Origin: a virus | IMG/VR virus record: IMGVR_UViG_3300006052_000013 | Direction: 5' to 3' (one strand) | DNA length: 45,764 nucleotides | Shown: piece by piece, positions 1 through 9,216 of the stretch | Position numbering within the stretch: the first letter of the stretch is position 1 | How the letters are laid out: each line of letters opens with the position of its first letter | Translations under genes and position numbers: made by a program | Notes under the pieces: model-generated | Told to the model about the DNA's origin: nothing | The model's input: the letters and a program-made list of their open reading frames with translations, nothing else | The model's database searches: none

Positions 1-336
1 AAGTGTGACGGCTCACGTTGCCGACGTTGAGGCGAAACGTGAACTCATCCACATAGCGATGCAGATGCTTCTTGGAAACTTGATGGTAAACGCCATAGAC
101 TCCACGCTTGAGCACAGCCCAGACGGATTCGATACTGTTCGTGCTGACTCCGTTCTCGGAGTAGATGCCAGCCGTGTGATTGATGGCTTCGTGGCGAAAG
201 AACAGACCGTCAAGACCGACATATCAGGACAGAATGCGCCGTCAGGCCAGAGCCGCGATTCCAGATAAATCCGTGCCGACTCAGGTGTCGGGAACATCTC
301 GAAGAGTTGGAAGGTACTGATTGTGCTTTTGCTCAT
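1..336 (-). pseudogene. IS1595-family transposase remnant. N-terminal Zn-ribbon lies in one frame (336..~190); C-terminal TNSIESVWAVLKRGVYGVYHQVSKKHLHRYVDEFTFRLN lies in another frame (~190..1). The central DDE region is missing.
   Basis: FQLFEMFPTPESARIYLESRLWPDGAFCP matches the IS1595 Zn_Tnp N-terminus. The shifted-frame translation gives the typical IS1595 C-terminal TNxIEgxW...YxDEFxFRxN motif. Confidence 0.5.
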
Positions 337-548
337 CGCAATATACTCCCTTGTAACTGTTTACGCTTGAGCCAATCCAGCGTCTTTAGCCCTAGATCGG
401 TGGCAGGATGCTTGTGAACCCAACGCTTGAGCAGTTGAACCGCGTCCAACAAGTCGGCGTGGTCGCTTATGGGATCACTAAAGCGTTCCGGCTTTTCCTC
501 GTTCCGAAATGGGTAATCAGGGCCGAATCCTGCATTCCGTGGGGTCAT
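333..548 (-). CDS. hypothetical protein (71 aa)
   Basis: ORF in the track; codirectional and tightly packed with its neighbours. Confidence 0.35.
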   Translation of the reverse strand: MTPRNAGFGPDYPFRNEEKPERFSDPISDHADLLDAVQLLKRWVHKHPATDLGLKTLDWLKRKQLQGSILR

Positions 549-551
549 GGG

Positions 552-848
552 CTAGGCTCTCCTCGTAAGTTTGCCGAGTACGCGCTGTGCAGCAACTTGT
601 CGCCGTGGATCGCCTTCCCACCCATTCAAAGCAGTTTCAAGAACACTTTCAACCACGTCTGTCTCAAGCTCCGTGAAGACAAACTGATAACCCTTACGGT
701 AAGTGGGTGTGATTTCTTCGCGGCAGCGACCACATACGGTTATCTCTCGGCCTCCGATATATTCCTTTTTCCGCCCCCATTTAAGCTCATCATGGGTGCA
801 GGGCCTGAGCGGAGGGAAGTCATTAGCTTCGACGAACGTCATGCCCAC
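552..848 (-). CDS. hypothetical Cys-containing protein (98 aa; CTHD..CGRC)
   Basis: ORF; possible Zn-binding Cys pairs. Confidence 0.4.
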   Translation of the reverse strand: MGMTFVEANDFPPLRPCTHDELKWGRKKEYIGGREITVCGRCREEITPTYRKGYQFVFTELETDVVESVLETALNGWEGDPRRQVAAQRVLGKLTRRA

Positions 849-1063
849 TCCTGCCAGTTCACGTTGTCACTAGCGTCGAAGGACTCTGGGAGTCCAATAG
901 CGTCAAGGAGCTTCGTATCGTGAACCAAAGACGGATAGCCCATCCGCTCCAAACCATCAGCGGATTCCTTCGCGGAGGCGCGATTAGGATACCGCTCGCC
1001 TACGCGATTCCACTTGAAGTTTTCCGTTCCGCCTGTGCGATAGATGACTGTGAAGGTTTGCAT
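839..1063 (-). CDS. hypothetical protein (74 aa)
   Basis: ORF lying downstream of a sigma70-like promoter. Confidence 0.4.
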   Translation of the reverse strand: MQTFTVIYRTGGTENFKWNRVGERYPNRASAKESADGLERMGYPSLVHDTKLLDAIGLPESFDASDNVNWQEWA

Positions 1064-1089
1064 TTTGTGTTCTCCTTAACTCCATCTAT

Positions 1090-1117
1090 AGTAGATAACT
1101 CGCTGCATTTTGTCAAG
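1090..1117 (-). promoter_or_regulatory. sigma70-like promoter (minus strand): TTGACA - 17 bp - TACTAT
   Basis: The reverse complement of 1090-1117 reads TTGACAaaatgcagcgagttatcTACTAT. Confidence 0.45.
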
Positions 1118-1152
1118 AACTTTAGTCGCTTTGTTCTGAAAGGGTTAGCGAC

Positions 1153-1263
1153 TCATGTATATAATTCCCCTAAAAAGGTAGCATCAAAGTCTTCCATTTT
1201 GTGCATGATGTCCATTAGTTGTTTGCTGTAATGGTCATCGTACAAACGCTGCATATCGTCCAT
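1153..1263 (-). CDS. small ORF (36 aa, MDDMQRLYDDHYSKQLMDIMHKMEDFDATFLGELYT)
   Basis: ATG preceded by AAGGAGAATAAGCAA; not in the ORF track because it is under 60 aa. Confidence 0.25.
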   Translation of the reverse strand: MDDMQRLYDDHYSKQLMDIMHKMEDFDATFLGELYT

Positions 1264-1283
1264 TTGCTTATTCTCCTTTTCTT

Positions 1284-1922
1284 TTAAAGTGACTCCCCCA
1301 AGATTTCCGCCAACCGCGGCGGTTGGTAATTAGGACCCTTGCCGCCGACTCCCACCTTCTGGCCATACTTCATTCCCGGAACATTCGATATGGTAGGAAC
1401 GGCCTTGGTCATGTTCGAGCGATGAATCTCGCGGAACACCGCGTCGAATGGGATCGACCAGGCGATCGCCCCGGTTACCAGGGCATTAAACATCGTTCGA
1501 AGACAGATTTCTACTCGATCCAAAGATTCTGGGTCCTCCGGATTGGTACTCATGATCGCCTCATGCACGACACATGAAAGAGTCCCGAGTTGTGCAGACA
1601 AAATATGTATGAGATGGCCCGCGGGAAACATCTCAAAAACATTTGCCGTTCCCCGGTTCATTCCGTAGGCGATCAGCGTTCCCATGATAACATACCCCAG
1701 GTCCCCCATCGCATCCGCGATTTCAAGGCGGTCATCGGCGAGGGTCGCCGCGGCCAACTCTCCCAATTCTTCGGTAATCAACCGAAGACGTAACAGTACC
1801 ACCGTGATGGGAATCGGCCCGCGGTCAGATCGCCGAAATTGATTGTACTTATCCTGAAATTCTTTCAAAAGGTCTTCATAGGATTGATGCATGTCTTTCT
1901 CCTTTTTTGGATTTCCTCCCAC
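1284..1922 (-). CDS. MazG-like nucleoside triphosphate pyrophosphohydrolase
   Basis: ITEELGELAAA and LEIADAMGDLGYVI are MazG-type helices. Confidence 0.55.
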   Translation of the reverse strand: MGGNPKKEKDMHQSYEDLLKEFQDKYNQFRRSDRGPIPITVVLLRLRLITEELGELAAATLADDRLEIADAMGDLGYVIMGTLIAYGMNRGTANVFEMFPAGHLIHILSAQLGTLSCVVHEAIMSTNPEDPESLDRVEICLRTMFNALVTGAIAWSIPFDAVFREIHRSNMTKAVPTISNVPGMKYGQKVGVGGKGPNYQPPRLAEILGESL

Positions 1923-2338
1923 AAAATATGAAAGGCCTTGCCCTCGTAGATGGGAAAAGAACTGGTACGGTCGAGATAAATGTTCTCGTCGGCATTACAC
2001 CAGTTCGCCGCCTGAACCCCGGTAAAGATCATCGTGTTCCATCGCCTTAACCGAGTCTGGTGGAAAAAGATGATGTAGAATGACCCCGAACCATGGTAGT
2101 CGGACTTTGCCACAAAACGGAATTGCGGCCCCGGCCAACCCAAGAGTTTTCGCAAGTTAAAGGGATGTGGTTTGAGGTACTTCTCATACTTAACCTCCAC
2201 CCACATGGTAGTATGGCCTCCGACGACTGCCATATCTGGTATGCCGATGGTTGACTGGTCCGATAACTTGGTAATCTCACCCCGGTTTAACGGGGTAAGA
2301 TATGTTACCAAGTCGGCCGTGATCTTGGCCTCATTCAT
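1865..2338 (-). CDS. VRR-NUC domain nuclease
   Basis: GIPDMAVVGGHTTMWVEVKYEK is a PD-(D/E)xK / VRR-NUC signature. Confidence 0.5.
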   Translation of the reverse strand: MNEAKITADLVTYLTPLNRGEITKLSDQSTIGIPDMAVVGGHTTMWVEVKYEKYLKPHPFNLRKLLGWPGPQFRFVAKSDYHGSGSFYIIFFHQTRLRRWNTMIFTGVQAANWCNADENIYLDRTSSFPIYEGKAFHILWEEIQKRRKTCINPMKTF

Positions 2339-2619
2339 TTTCCCTCTGCGTAGAAACGGTGCTTTACCGTGGGGTCTTGAAGTTCAAAGTAATCCACGTA
2401 AACCCAGTCGGGGCGGCCGGGTACCGGCCGCGAGTTTTGATAGAGACTTCGTGCGCAATCCGGATGCAACCAGGCATTTTTACCGTTAAATCCCGGACCC
2501 ACGTACTCCATCTTCTTCAAAATAATGCCGAGACAGACGGGGCAAAAAGATGCTCGTTCTGCACGACCTTGTGATGGATTAGCCAACAGCATGCGCCGTG
2601 GCTTTTCTTTGTCGCTCAT
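2335..2619 (-). CDS. small Zn-finger protein (94 aa)
   Basis: CPVCLG...HPDC. Confidence 0.45.
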   Translation of the reverse strand: MSDKEKPRRMLLANPSQGRAERASFCPVCLGIILKKMEYVGPGFNGKNAWLHPDCARSLYQNSRPVPGRPDWVYVDYFELQDPTVKHRFYAEGK

Positions 2620-2870
2620 TTATTCTCCTTCCTAAGATATTTTTGAATACATTTTTTGAACCTGTTGACGGCAAGGCCAAACTTGTAATTCAGCCGATCC
2701 AACTGCGCCTTATTCATGGTCTTCGCGCGGTTGTTGAGAATCTCCATCGCCTCGCACATCTTTTCGAGGTCAATGTCGTCCTTGTCGACGGCCTTGGCCA
2801 ACTCGCCACCAGTAAAAATTTTGTCATTTGATCCAAATGCACCAGGAAATGCACCCCATTGCTTATTCAT
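2616..2870 (-). CDS. hypothetical protein (84 aa)
   Basis: ORF; stop/start overlaps its neighbour. Confidence 0.45.
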   Translation of the reverse strand: MNKQWGAFPGAFGSNDKIFTGGELAKAVDKDDIDLEKMCEAMEILNNRAKTMNKAQLDRLNYKFGLAVNRFKKCIQKYLRKENK

Positions 2871-2882
2871 ATTTAACCTCTT

Positions 2883-3272
2883 TTATAAGGCAGCCGCCGC
2901 CGGTCGCCTTATTGGTATTGGTACGTTTCTTTTCCTTCCTCTTGTAGAGGTGCCATAATGAGGCGTTGTTTCGCCCAACTCTTTGAGAGATGCAGATGTT
3001 TTTAATTTGATACGATCGTCGTCATGGGTCCATCCAGTAAATCTGGAAAGCATCGTTCTAACGTCGTTCATACACACAGCATTCATGTTGCCCCAAAGAA
3101 TTCGAAAGCGAAGTTGACCATCTACAATCGTTTTATCAAAAATTTGACGATTATCCCGTTGCAATTCTTCAATTTCATCCCACCATTTCATCGCCAGTTC
3201 TTCATTGACATCTAATTCGCAATGTACAACAATCGCTAGTTTATCTTTTCCTCTCACTTTGCCTCCTTCCAA
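2883..3272 (-). CDS. hypothetical protein (129 aa)
   Basis: ORF. Confidence 0.45.
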   Translation of the reverse strand: MEGGKVRGKDKLAIVVHCELDVNEELAMKWWDEIEELQRDNRQIFDKTIVDGQLRFRILWGNMNAVCMNDVRTMLSRFTGWTHDDDRIKLKTSASLKELGETTPHYGTSTRGRKRNVPIPIRRPAAAAL

Positions 3273-5146
3273 TTCGCCCCGGTCTTTGCTTCCCAGAGAA
3301 TTGGAATTCTGAAATTGAAGTCCTGGGTGTTCAGCAACTCGTCCATATTTTTCAGATTCACTGGATCAGGGTCCTGATCACCATCAAACTCATCGTGAAC
3401 TACGAAACGCTCCGTATAATTTAACACCTTTCGCTCGCGGTGAACGATAAAAATTTTCTTTTTCATTACGTCGGCCGCGGTACCCTGGAGGATACGGTTG
3501 AGTGCCGAGTGCGGCTTATAGGCAATCTCCTCCATCAATCTGATCTTGGGGTCCTGACTGGATGGCTTCGTGAATTTCGCCCGCCGTCCCATAAAGGTCT
3601 TTACCCATCCTCGGTTCTCCGCCAGTTTTGTGGCCTGCCGAAGTAGCCTTCCCGCCTCGGGAAACTCGCTTTCGTAAGCATCGACGAACTTATCCGAGAT
3701 GCTTTGCAAAATGCCCAGTTGCAGGGCGATCTTCACCCGTCCGGCCCCGTACACCTTGGAAAAATTGATGGTCTTGGCCGGTTGCCGGTCGAAGTCCGGA
3801 ATCACGAGACGAATCAGGTCCCGAACCATATCATGAAAATCGACCCGCGGATTATCCCCGTATGCCTTATTTAGCTTTGGGGAATTGGCGTAGTGGGCAA
3901 ATAAGCGAAATTCAATCTGTGCCGCGTCGGCGCAGAGCCAAACTTTTCCGGGGGAGGGAATAAATAGTTCCCGGATTAACCAGTCGGGTCCCACGTCTCG
4001 AATCTGATCCTTAGTCCGCATGATCTGTTGGATATTGGCGCCGGGGATACCCTCGCCCGGACTGGCGGAAGAAAAGCGGCCACTGACCGTGCCCTTGTCA
4101 TCATTATTCGCCCGGAGTTGGTGCAGACTATACCGAAGAATATTTTTGTCATCCAGGGCCTTGAGATACTTCTTCAAATACTTAGACAATAATGAGGCGA
4201 TACGACGTGCCTTGACCGCAATTTGAATCTCGGGATTCGGAAGTTTGGCCAGATAGTCTCCCTCAAAACTATCCTGGCCCTTGTCGGTCCGGGGCGGGTC
4301 TATTCCCAAATAACGAAACATTCTTGACATGTCGGTGGAAGCATCGGGATTGACCCGGAATCCGACCCGTCGGTACAGTTCCATAATCAATTTATGGTAG
4401 GCGGCCTCGGCCTCCCGGACCCAACGCTCCAACTTAGGCCGGTCGATGAGCGCGCCGTTCCGTTCCATTGTGACCACGGCAAAAATGATGGAATCTTCCA
4501 AGTCAAGTACTTTATCCAGGTCATCTGACTTGATTGAATTTTTCAGTTTGCTTTCGATTCCATACCGCATTGCCATATCGAGTTGATAGACCCGTTGGGC
4601 ATCTATCTCGGCGTATGGCCCGACCATCGCGGCCGGCATATCGGCAATTTGGGACTTGTCATTTTTCCCGAGTTCCTGATCCTTTCCCACGATGCCCAGG
4701 ACGTCATTACACAAAATCTCTAAATTGAACTTGCGCCGGTATTCATCCAATAATGCCGCCTGGTAAGATACGTCATGGCACCGGTTACCGAGGGCCTCCA
4801 GATCAATACCCCAGTTATGAGTGACGTGGGTATCATACTTGGCATTTAACCAGGATATATCCTTGTCTCGGATTTCGCGTTCAAACCAGCGTTTTACCAG
4901 GCGTTCATCGAGGTTCCCTCCCCCGGCGTGACCAAAGGGAAGATACCATTTGTTTCCATCCTCCGTGTAAAAACTGTAACCCACGGGGCGGGCCGTGAAG
5001 GGATTCTTACTGGTGGCCTCGGAATCGGCCCACAACCACTTATACTTGCTCAGGTCGGGGAGAGACGGGGCGGTCCATTTCACGCCGTCCGATCTTTCCG
5101 CAAACCGAGCAAACATGTTTCCCGGCCTTACCGTGGGTAACTTCAT
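3254..5146 (-). CDS. DNA polymerase, family A (Pol I-like)
   Basis: Motif B RQPAKTINFSKVYGAG and motif C VHDEFDGD. The start was chosen at the ATGA overlap with the deaminase stop. Confidence 0.85.
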   Translation of the reverse strand: MKLPTVRPGNMFARFAERSDGVKWTAPSLPDLSKYKWLWADSEATSKNPFTARPVGYSFYTEDGNKWYLPFGHAGGGNLDERLVKRWFEREIRDKDISWLNAKYDTHVTHNWGIDLEALGNRCHDVSYQAALLDEYRRKFNLEILCNDVLGIVGKDQELGKNDKSQIADMPAAMVGPYAEIDAQRVYQLDMAMRYGIESKLKNSIKSDDLDKVLDLEDSIIFAVVTMERNGALIDRPKLERWVREAEAAYHKLIMELYRRVGFRVNPDASTDMSRMFRYLGIDPPRTDKGQDSFEGDYLAKLPNPEIQIAVKARRIASLLSKYLKKYLKALDDKNILRYSLHQLRANNDDKGTVSGRFSSASPGEGIPGANIQQIMRTKDQIRDVGPDWLIRELFIPSPGKVWLCADAAQIEFRLFAHYANSPKLNKAYGDNPRVDFHDMVRDLIRLVIPDFDRQPAKTINFSKVYGAGRVKIALQLGILQSISDKFVDAYESEFPEAGRLLRQATKLAENRGWVKTFMGRRAKFTKPSSQDPKIRLMEEIAYKPHSALNRILQGTAADVMKKKIFIVHRERKVLNYTERFVVHDEFDGDQDPDPVNLKNMDELLNTQDFNFRIPILWEAKTGANWKEAK

Positions 5147-5727
5147 AGAATCGAGTCTTTGCAAGGATACAAATAAAAACAAGCACTATCAATTACTTCC
5201 GTGGCATCTTTTAATGGATCGTGAAAAGCATTGGTAAGAATTCCACCGTTCTCTCTAACCCACAGGGTGTTTCCAATTCTCAATTGCCGGACGTTGTCCG
5301 GAGTCATTGAATGCTTTGGAAAAGATAAAAGAACCAAACCCCGGCGATCTCCGGGGTAATCTTCCAAAGCCACGATTCTTTTAATCGGCGTGTTGACTAT
5401 AGACTTTGCACAATTGAAACATGGAAAATTTGTGCAGTACATCGTCCAGGCTAAGTCTAGGCGATGACACGTAAGAATCGCATTTTGTTCTGCGTGCGTT
5501 GCCCAACAGGCCGTGTTTTCATTGCCAGAATCTCCGGGGGTTCGTTCCCCGGTGCAGGGGCTTCCTTCTGTTCCACAATGCGGTACACCCGAGCCAATTC
5601 CATTATATCCAGAAGATAGGATGGCCCCTCGAAGATCGGTGATAATGGCCCCGGTCTTTCGCCGGACACACGTGGCCCGTTCGGCCACCAATCGAAGGTG
5701 CCGAGTCCAGTATTGATCTATGTTCAT
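5143..5727 (-). CDS. dCMP (deoxycytidylate) deaminase
   Basis: HAEQNAI...CTNFPCFNCAK zinc-binding deaminase motif; ATGA overlap with the upstream gene. Confidence 0.8.
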   Translation of the reverse strand: MNIDQYWTRHLRLVAERATCVRRKTGAIITDLRGAILSSGYNGIGSGVPHCGTEGSPCTGERTPGDSGNENTACWATHAEQNAILTCHRLDLAWTMYCTNFPCFNCAKSIVNTPIKRIVALEDYPGDRRGLVLLSFPKHSMTPDNVRQLRIGNTLWVRENGGILTNAFHDPLKDATEVIDSACFYLYPCKDSIL

Positions 5728-6557
5728 TTTCTCTCCTTCAAGATTGCAAGACACTTGTCGCTGCTTCCGGAGTGCAAGGCATCGGCGTATGCTTGCCAGG
5801 ATTTTGGCAAATTGGCAATATTGTGTAAAGTAAATTGGGCGTAGTCACGATATCCCAGATCGGGTAACCGCGGACTAATGACCATTTCCCCGGCCGGCGC
5901 CAACGCACAAGCGGCCGCCTCTTCCCAGTTATTTTGGTACAGGTGGGAAGAACCGAGATTCAAAACCAGGCTTCCGGGTTCTATTTTTAACTGCCCCGCC
6001 AGGCCATTAATAATCTGGCAAAAATTGAACACGTCGTGGGGAATTCCCAACCAGGCGTCGCTGGAACGCATATTAAAAATTCCATGTAGGTATTTGTCCC
6101 GAATCAAAAACTGACATGAAATTGTGCATGGAATATCTTTGGATCGACTTGGCATCGGGGTCCATATCGTTGCCACGGCCTGACGTGAGGATTCGTCGTG
6201 TTCTAATTGATGCAGAACGTAGTCCCATTGTTTGTGCAAGCGTGGCCCGTAGGCCCCGGCGAACACCCGGCCGTCATCCGAGTACTTGCAAATTTGCGAA
6301 TTGTACAGGGCCACGGTACCCACGTCTTCCCGGCCCGCGACGATCCATAGCCATTCTGCCAACATAAAGCGGTAGTTCAATTTTCTCATTGGAATATTCA
6401 TCACATTCCGGCGCACGTCGGAGATACCCAGACGAACTCCGATGAGTTCCTTGGTCATCATTTTGACTCGGCCAATCTCTACCATTTTGCCGCGGGTCAA
6501 AATCTCGTGTAACAGTAGGGGGTACAATTGATCGATGCTCGGCGCATTTATTTCCAT
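5724..6557 (-). CDS. ThyA-family pyrimidine hydroxymethylase or thymidylate synthase-like enzyme (possibly a dCMP hydroxymethylase)
   Basis: IPCTISCQF...MRSSDAWLGIPHDVFNF...SSHLY aligns to the ThyA core (PCH, RSxD, LGLPFN). Asp replaces the substrate-specifying Asn. Confidence 0.7.
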   Translation of the reverse strand: MEINAPSIDQLYPLLLHEILTRGKMVEIGRVKMMTKELIGVRLGISDVRRNVMNIPMRKLNYRFMLAEWLWIVAGREDVGTVALYNSQICKYSDDGRVFAGAYGPRLHKQWDYVLHQLEHDESSRQAVATIWTPMPSRSKDIPCTISCQFLIRDKYLHGIFNMRSSDAWLGIPHDVFNFCQIINGLAGQLKIEPGSLVLNLGSSHLYQNNWEEAAACALAPAGEMVISPRLPDLGYRDYAQFTLHNIANLPKSWQAYADALHSGSSDKCLAILKERK

Positions 6558-7462
6558 TTGAATTCCCTCACCTCTCTAAGTTTGTTGACAAATTCTGACC
6601 GGCGCTTTTGATGAAACCGGAAGAAACAGGCCGGGCGCATCAAGGATACAAAAGGTATGTCGGCCTTCCGGCAGGCCTCCTGGGCACTTTCTCCGAAGGC
6701 CAGGGCCACGGTCACTCCTCTCAGACGATCTGAGACCTGCCGAATATCCCGCGCATTTCCCTTGCGCGAAAATGTGTTGGTAAACATCAACTCATCTTCG
6801 TGATAGCCCGCCTCCCACAGGGCCTCGTTCAAGAATCGCGACGAATTTTTGGAATTGAAGAAAGGAAAATCTGTCTCGGTCCCATTGGTTCGTTCACCAA
6901 TTATCAGAAATCGGGCCGAGGGACATCCGATGGCCCAGGCCGGAAACGTTTCTTTGTTCATATCTCCCGACTTGAAATAATTCAGATACCAATTTTCAAT
7001 AGATATCTGAGTGTAGTCGAAGGTATGGTGGTAGGCCGATAGTCCCATAAACCGATGGTAACAATCTTTGAACTTACTCGCACTGCGCAGATAATCGTCC
7101 CCGGCCTCAAATTTCTTTTTCCAGTTCTGATAACATATCTCCCACGGCGGAGCGGCGATCACACACCTCACCGCCTGCGACCGGAATACCCGCCGGAACA
7201 TACGCATGCCGTAATAACCAACCCGATCATTATTCCGGGCGATGGGACCATAGATCATTTCCCCCAGATGAAACCGGTCAAAGACCACCGGCGATCGGCT
7301 ATGCATGGCCTTCCATAACTTTGCGGCGTAGTACTCGATCATGTCACCCTCGGCCGGCGGTGGTCCCTCATGAAAATATCTGAATCCCTTTTTAACAAGA
7401 TAGTTACACAAAGTCGTTTTTCCGGCGCCGTCCGGACCCTCAATAATCAATACTGGTGGCAT
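6548..7462 (-). CDS. P-loop deoxynucleotide kinase with a C-terminal UDG-like (family 4-like) domain
   Basis: Walker A EGPDGAGKTT; C-terminal IIGERTNGTETDFPF...FLNEAL resembles the GExPGxxE..PF..G..L motif. Confidence 0.5.
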   Translation of the reverse strand: MPPVLIIEGPDGAGKTTLCNYLVKKGFRYFHEGPPPAEGDMIEYYAAKLWKAMHSRSPVVFDRFHLGEMIYGPIARNNDRVGYYGMRMFRRVFRSQAVRCVIAAPPWEICYQNWKKKFEAGDDYLRSASKFKDCYHRFMGLSAYHHTFDYTQISIENWYLNYFKSGDMNKETFPAWAIGCPSARFLIIGERTNGTETDFPFFNSKNSSRFLNEALWEAGYHEDELMFTNTFSRKGNARDIRQVSDRLRGVTVALAFGESAQEACRKADIPFVSLMRPACFFRFHQKRRSEFVNKLREVREFKWK

Positions 7463-7711
7463 TTACTTATCCTCCTGTGTATGACATATACAAGGACAGT
7501 CTAATTTTGTACACATTTTATGTATGTGCGGGGGATTTTCTTTTTTACAACGAAAACTAAGTTTACCTTGGTAACCACCTTTTCCGCGTGGATTCGCAAC
7601 GCTGGGCAGTTTTGGACCCTGCTCACCCGGGGCATTCCCCTGGTACTTACCCCTTTTCGATGATCGCATATGCGCCAACATAGCAAAGTCTGTTTTAATT
7701 TCTTTGGTCAT
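7463..7711 (-). CDS. small Cys-rich protein (82 aa)
   Basis: CTKLDCPCICH; ATGA coupling with the helicase. Confidence 0.4.
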   Translation of the reverse strand: MTKEIKTDFAMLAHMRSSKRGKYQGNAPGEQGPKLPSVANPRGKGGYQGKLSFRCKKENPPHIHKMCTKLDCPCICHTQEDK

Positions 7712-9216
7712 AGTTCGTATACCAATTGATCATTTGGCATCAAAGTCAATAATTCTTCTTTGGCCCGCGTTATACCCACGTACCAAACACGATGCTCGGA
7801 ATCCTCGTCTCGTACCAAGGATTCAAAACTTTTCCGTAACATGCAAACATCCAGAATAACCCGGTCTGCCTGACCTCCCTTTGACTGATGTATTGACATA
7901 AGCCGGGTGCGGGGATGTAAGAGGGCATCCCAACCATGCGCCGCCACGATTCCCAGGGTATAGTTAATCCCATCGGCCTTCAATACTTTTGCCAATAACC
8001 GGGGCCATTCTTTTCCCTCGGGCATCTTCTGTAATACGGCATCCGGCCGGATCAATTTTTCTTTCAAATTTTTTGCCTCGGGTTTCAGGTTATCTACTCC
8101 GACCAGGGCCGATACGGCGCGGGCCTCGGCCGGAGACCACAAGGCATTCGTAGTTGTTTTATGCCATGCCGTCAATACATTACGCACCTCCGGGCGCGCC
8201 AAGATAGAATGAGGCCCATCAAAAGGTATACCGGCGGCTTCCATTTCCTGGGCTAACAACATGCCGCGATAATGATTGCGAAAGAGCACAAAAGTGGAAG
8301 TGTCAATAAATTCCTTTTTCTCAATCGTATCTATGGCGTGAATTTCTCTTACCTGGCCTTCTTCGTCACGGGGCCGTAACGGCTTTTTGACCCGTGCCCG
8401 TACTTTCTGGATCACCTGTTGCGCCTGGGTAAAAACGCGGCGTGGCAGACGATAAGTAATGTCTAAAAATTGTTGTTCATCATATCTCTCTTTGATGAAT
8501 CTTTCGGGCGAGGCGCCGGCCCACTGAAAGATGGCCTGGTCATCGTCCCCGGCGAGGTACCATCGGGCGGCCTCGGAACCAAGTCGGTGAATCACATCCC
8601 ACTGCAATACTGATAAATCCTGGGCCTCGTCGACGAACATCACGTCGATGGGCAGGGGTTTTCCCACGGCCAGAAAGGTGGTGAGAATATCGGTATAGTC
8701 ATACATGGCCTCGGAATCTTTCCACCTTCGGTAAGAATCGGTAAACCACTTGGCAAAGTAGTGGTCGATATTGATATTGACATCTTGCAGAGATTCTTTT
8801 AGGCCGATACGGCGGTGCCGGCCCCGATGGTTCAACTGCAATAACATGTCGGCCTGGGTTGCCATCGGTTGGTACTCGGGTATCTCCCATTCTTCCGCGG
8901 CCCAGGGGTCGATAGGTAAATGATTGATCTTGATACCGATGGATCGGCCAAATTCTTTTACATCACGGGTCTGGACCATTTGCCCCTGGGCAAAACTCAT
9001 TTGTCGGTAACAAATGGAATGGATAGTTCGCAGGTATGGCAACTCTTCCTGGATCTTACCGCTCCGGCCGAGGGCCTCAAATTTTGCCGACCGAGTGAAG
9101 GTCAAAAAGGCGATCCGGTCCGCGGGAGTATGAACTAACTCCTTTTCAAATAATTCCAACAGAGTACGTGTTTTACCCGTGCCGGGGGGACCGTAAAGTT
9201 TAAGTACCTGAGACAT
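7708..9216 (-). CDS. SF1 DNA helicase (UvrD/PcrA-like)
   Basis: YGPPGTGKT, VDEAQDLS and SIHQSKGGQADRV motifs. Confidence 0.75.
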   Translation of the reverse strand: MSQVLKLYGPPGTGKTRTLLELFEKELVHTPADRIAFLTFTRSAKFEALGRSGKIQEELPYLRTIHSICYRQMSFAQGQMVQTRDVKEFGRSIGIKINHLPIDPWAAEEWEIPEYQPMATQADMLLQLNHRGRHRRIGLKESLQDVNINIDHYFAKWFTDSYRRWKDSEAMYDYTDILTTFLAVGKPLPIDVMFVDEAQDLSVLQWDVIHRLGSEAARWYLAGDDDQAIFQWAGASPERFIKERYDEQQFLDITYRLPRRVFTQAQQVIQKVRARVKKPLRPRDEEGQVREIHAIDTIEKKEFIDTSTFVLFRNHYRGMLLAQEMEAAGIPFDGPHSILARPEVRNVLTAWHKTTTNALWSPAEARAVSALVGVDNLKPEAKNLKEKLIRPDAVLQKMPEGKEWPRLLAKVLKADGINYTLGIVAAHGWDALLHPRTRLMSIHQSKGGQADRVILDVCMLRKSFESLVRDEDSEHRVWYVGITRAKEELLTLMPNDQLVYEL

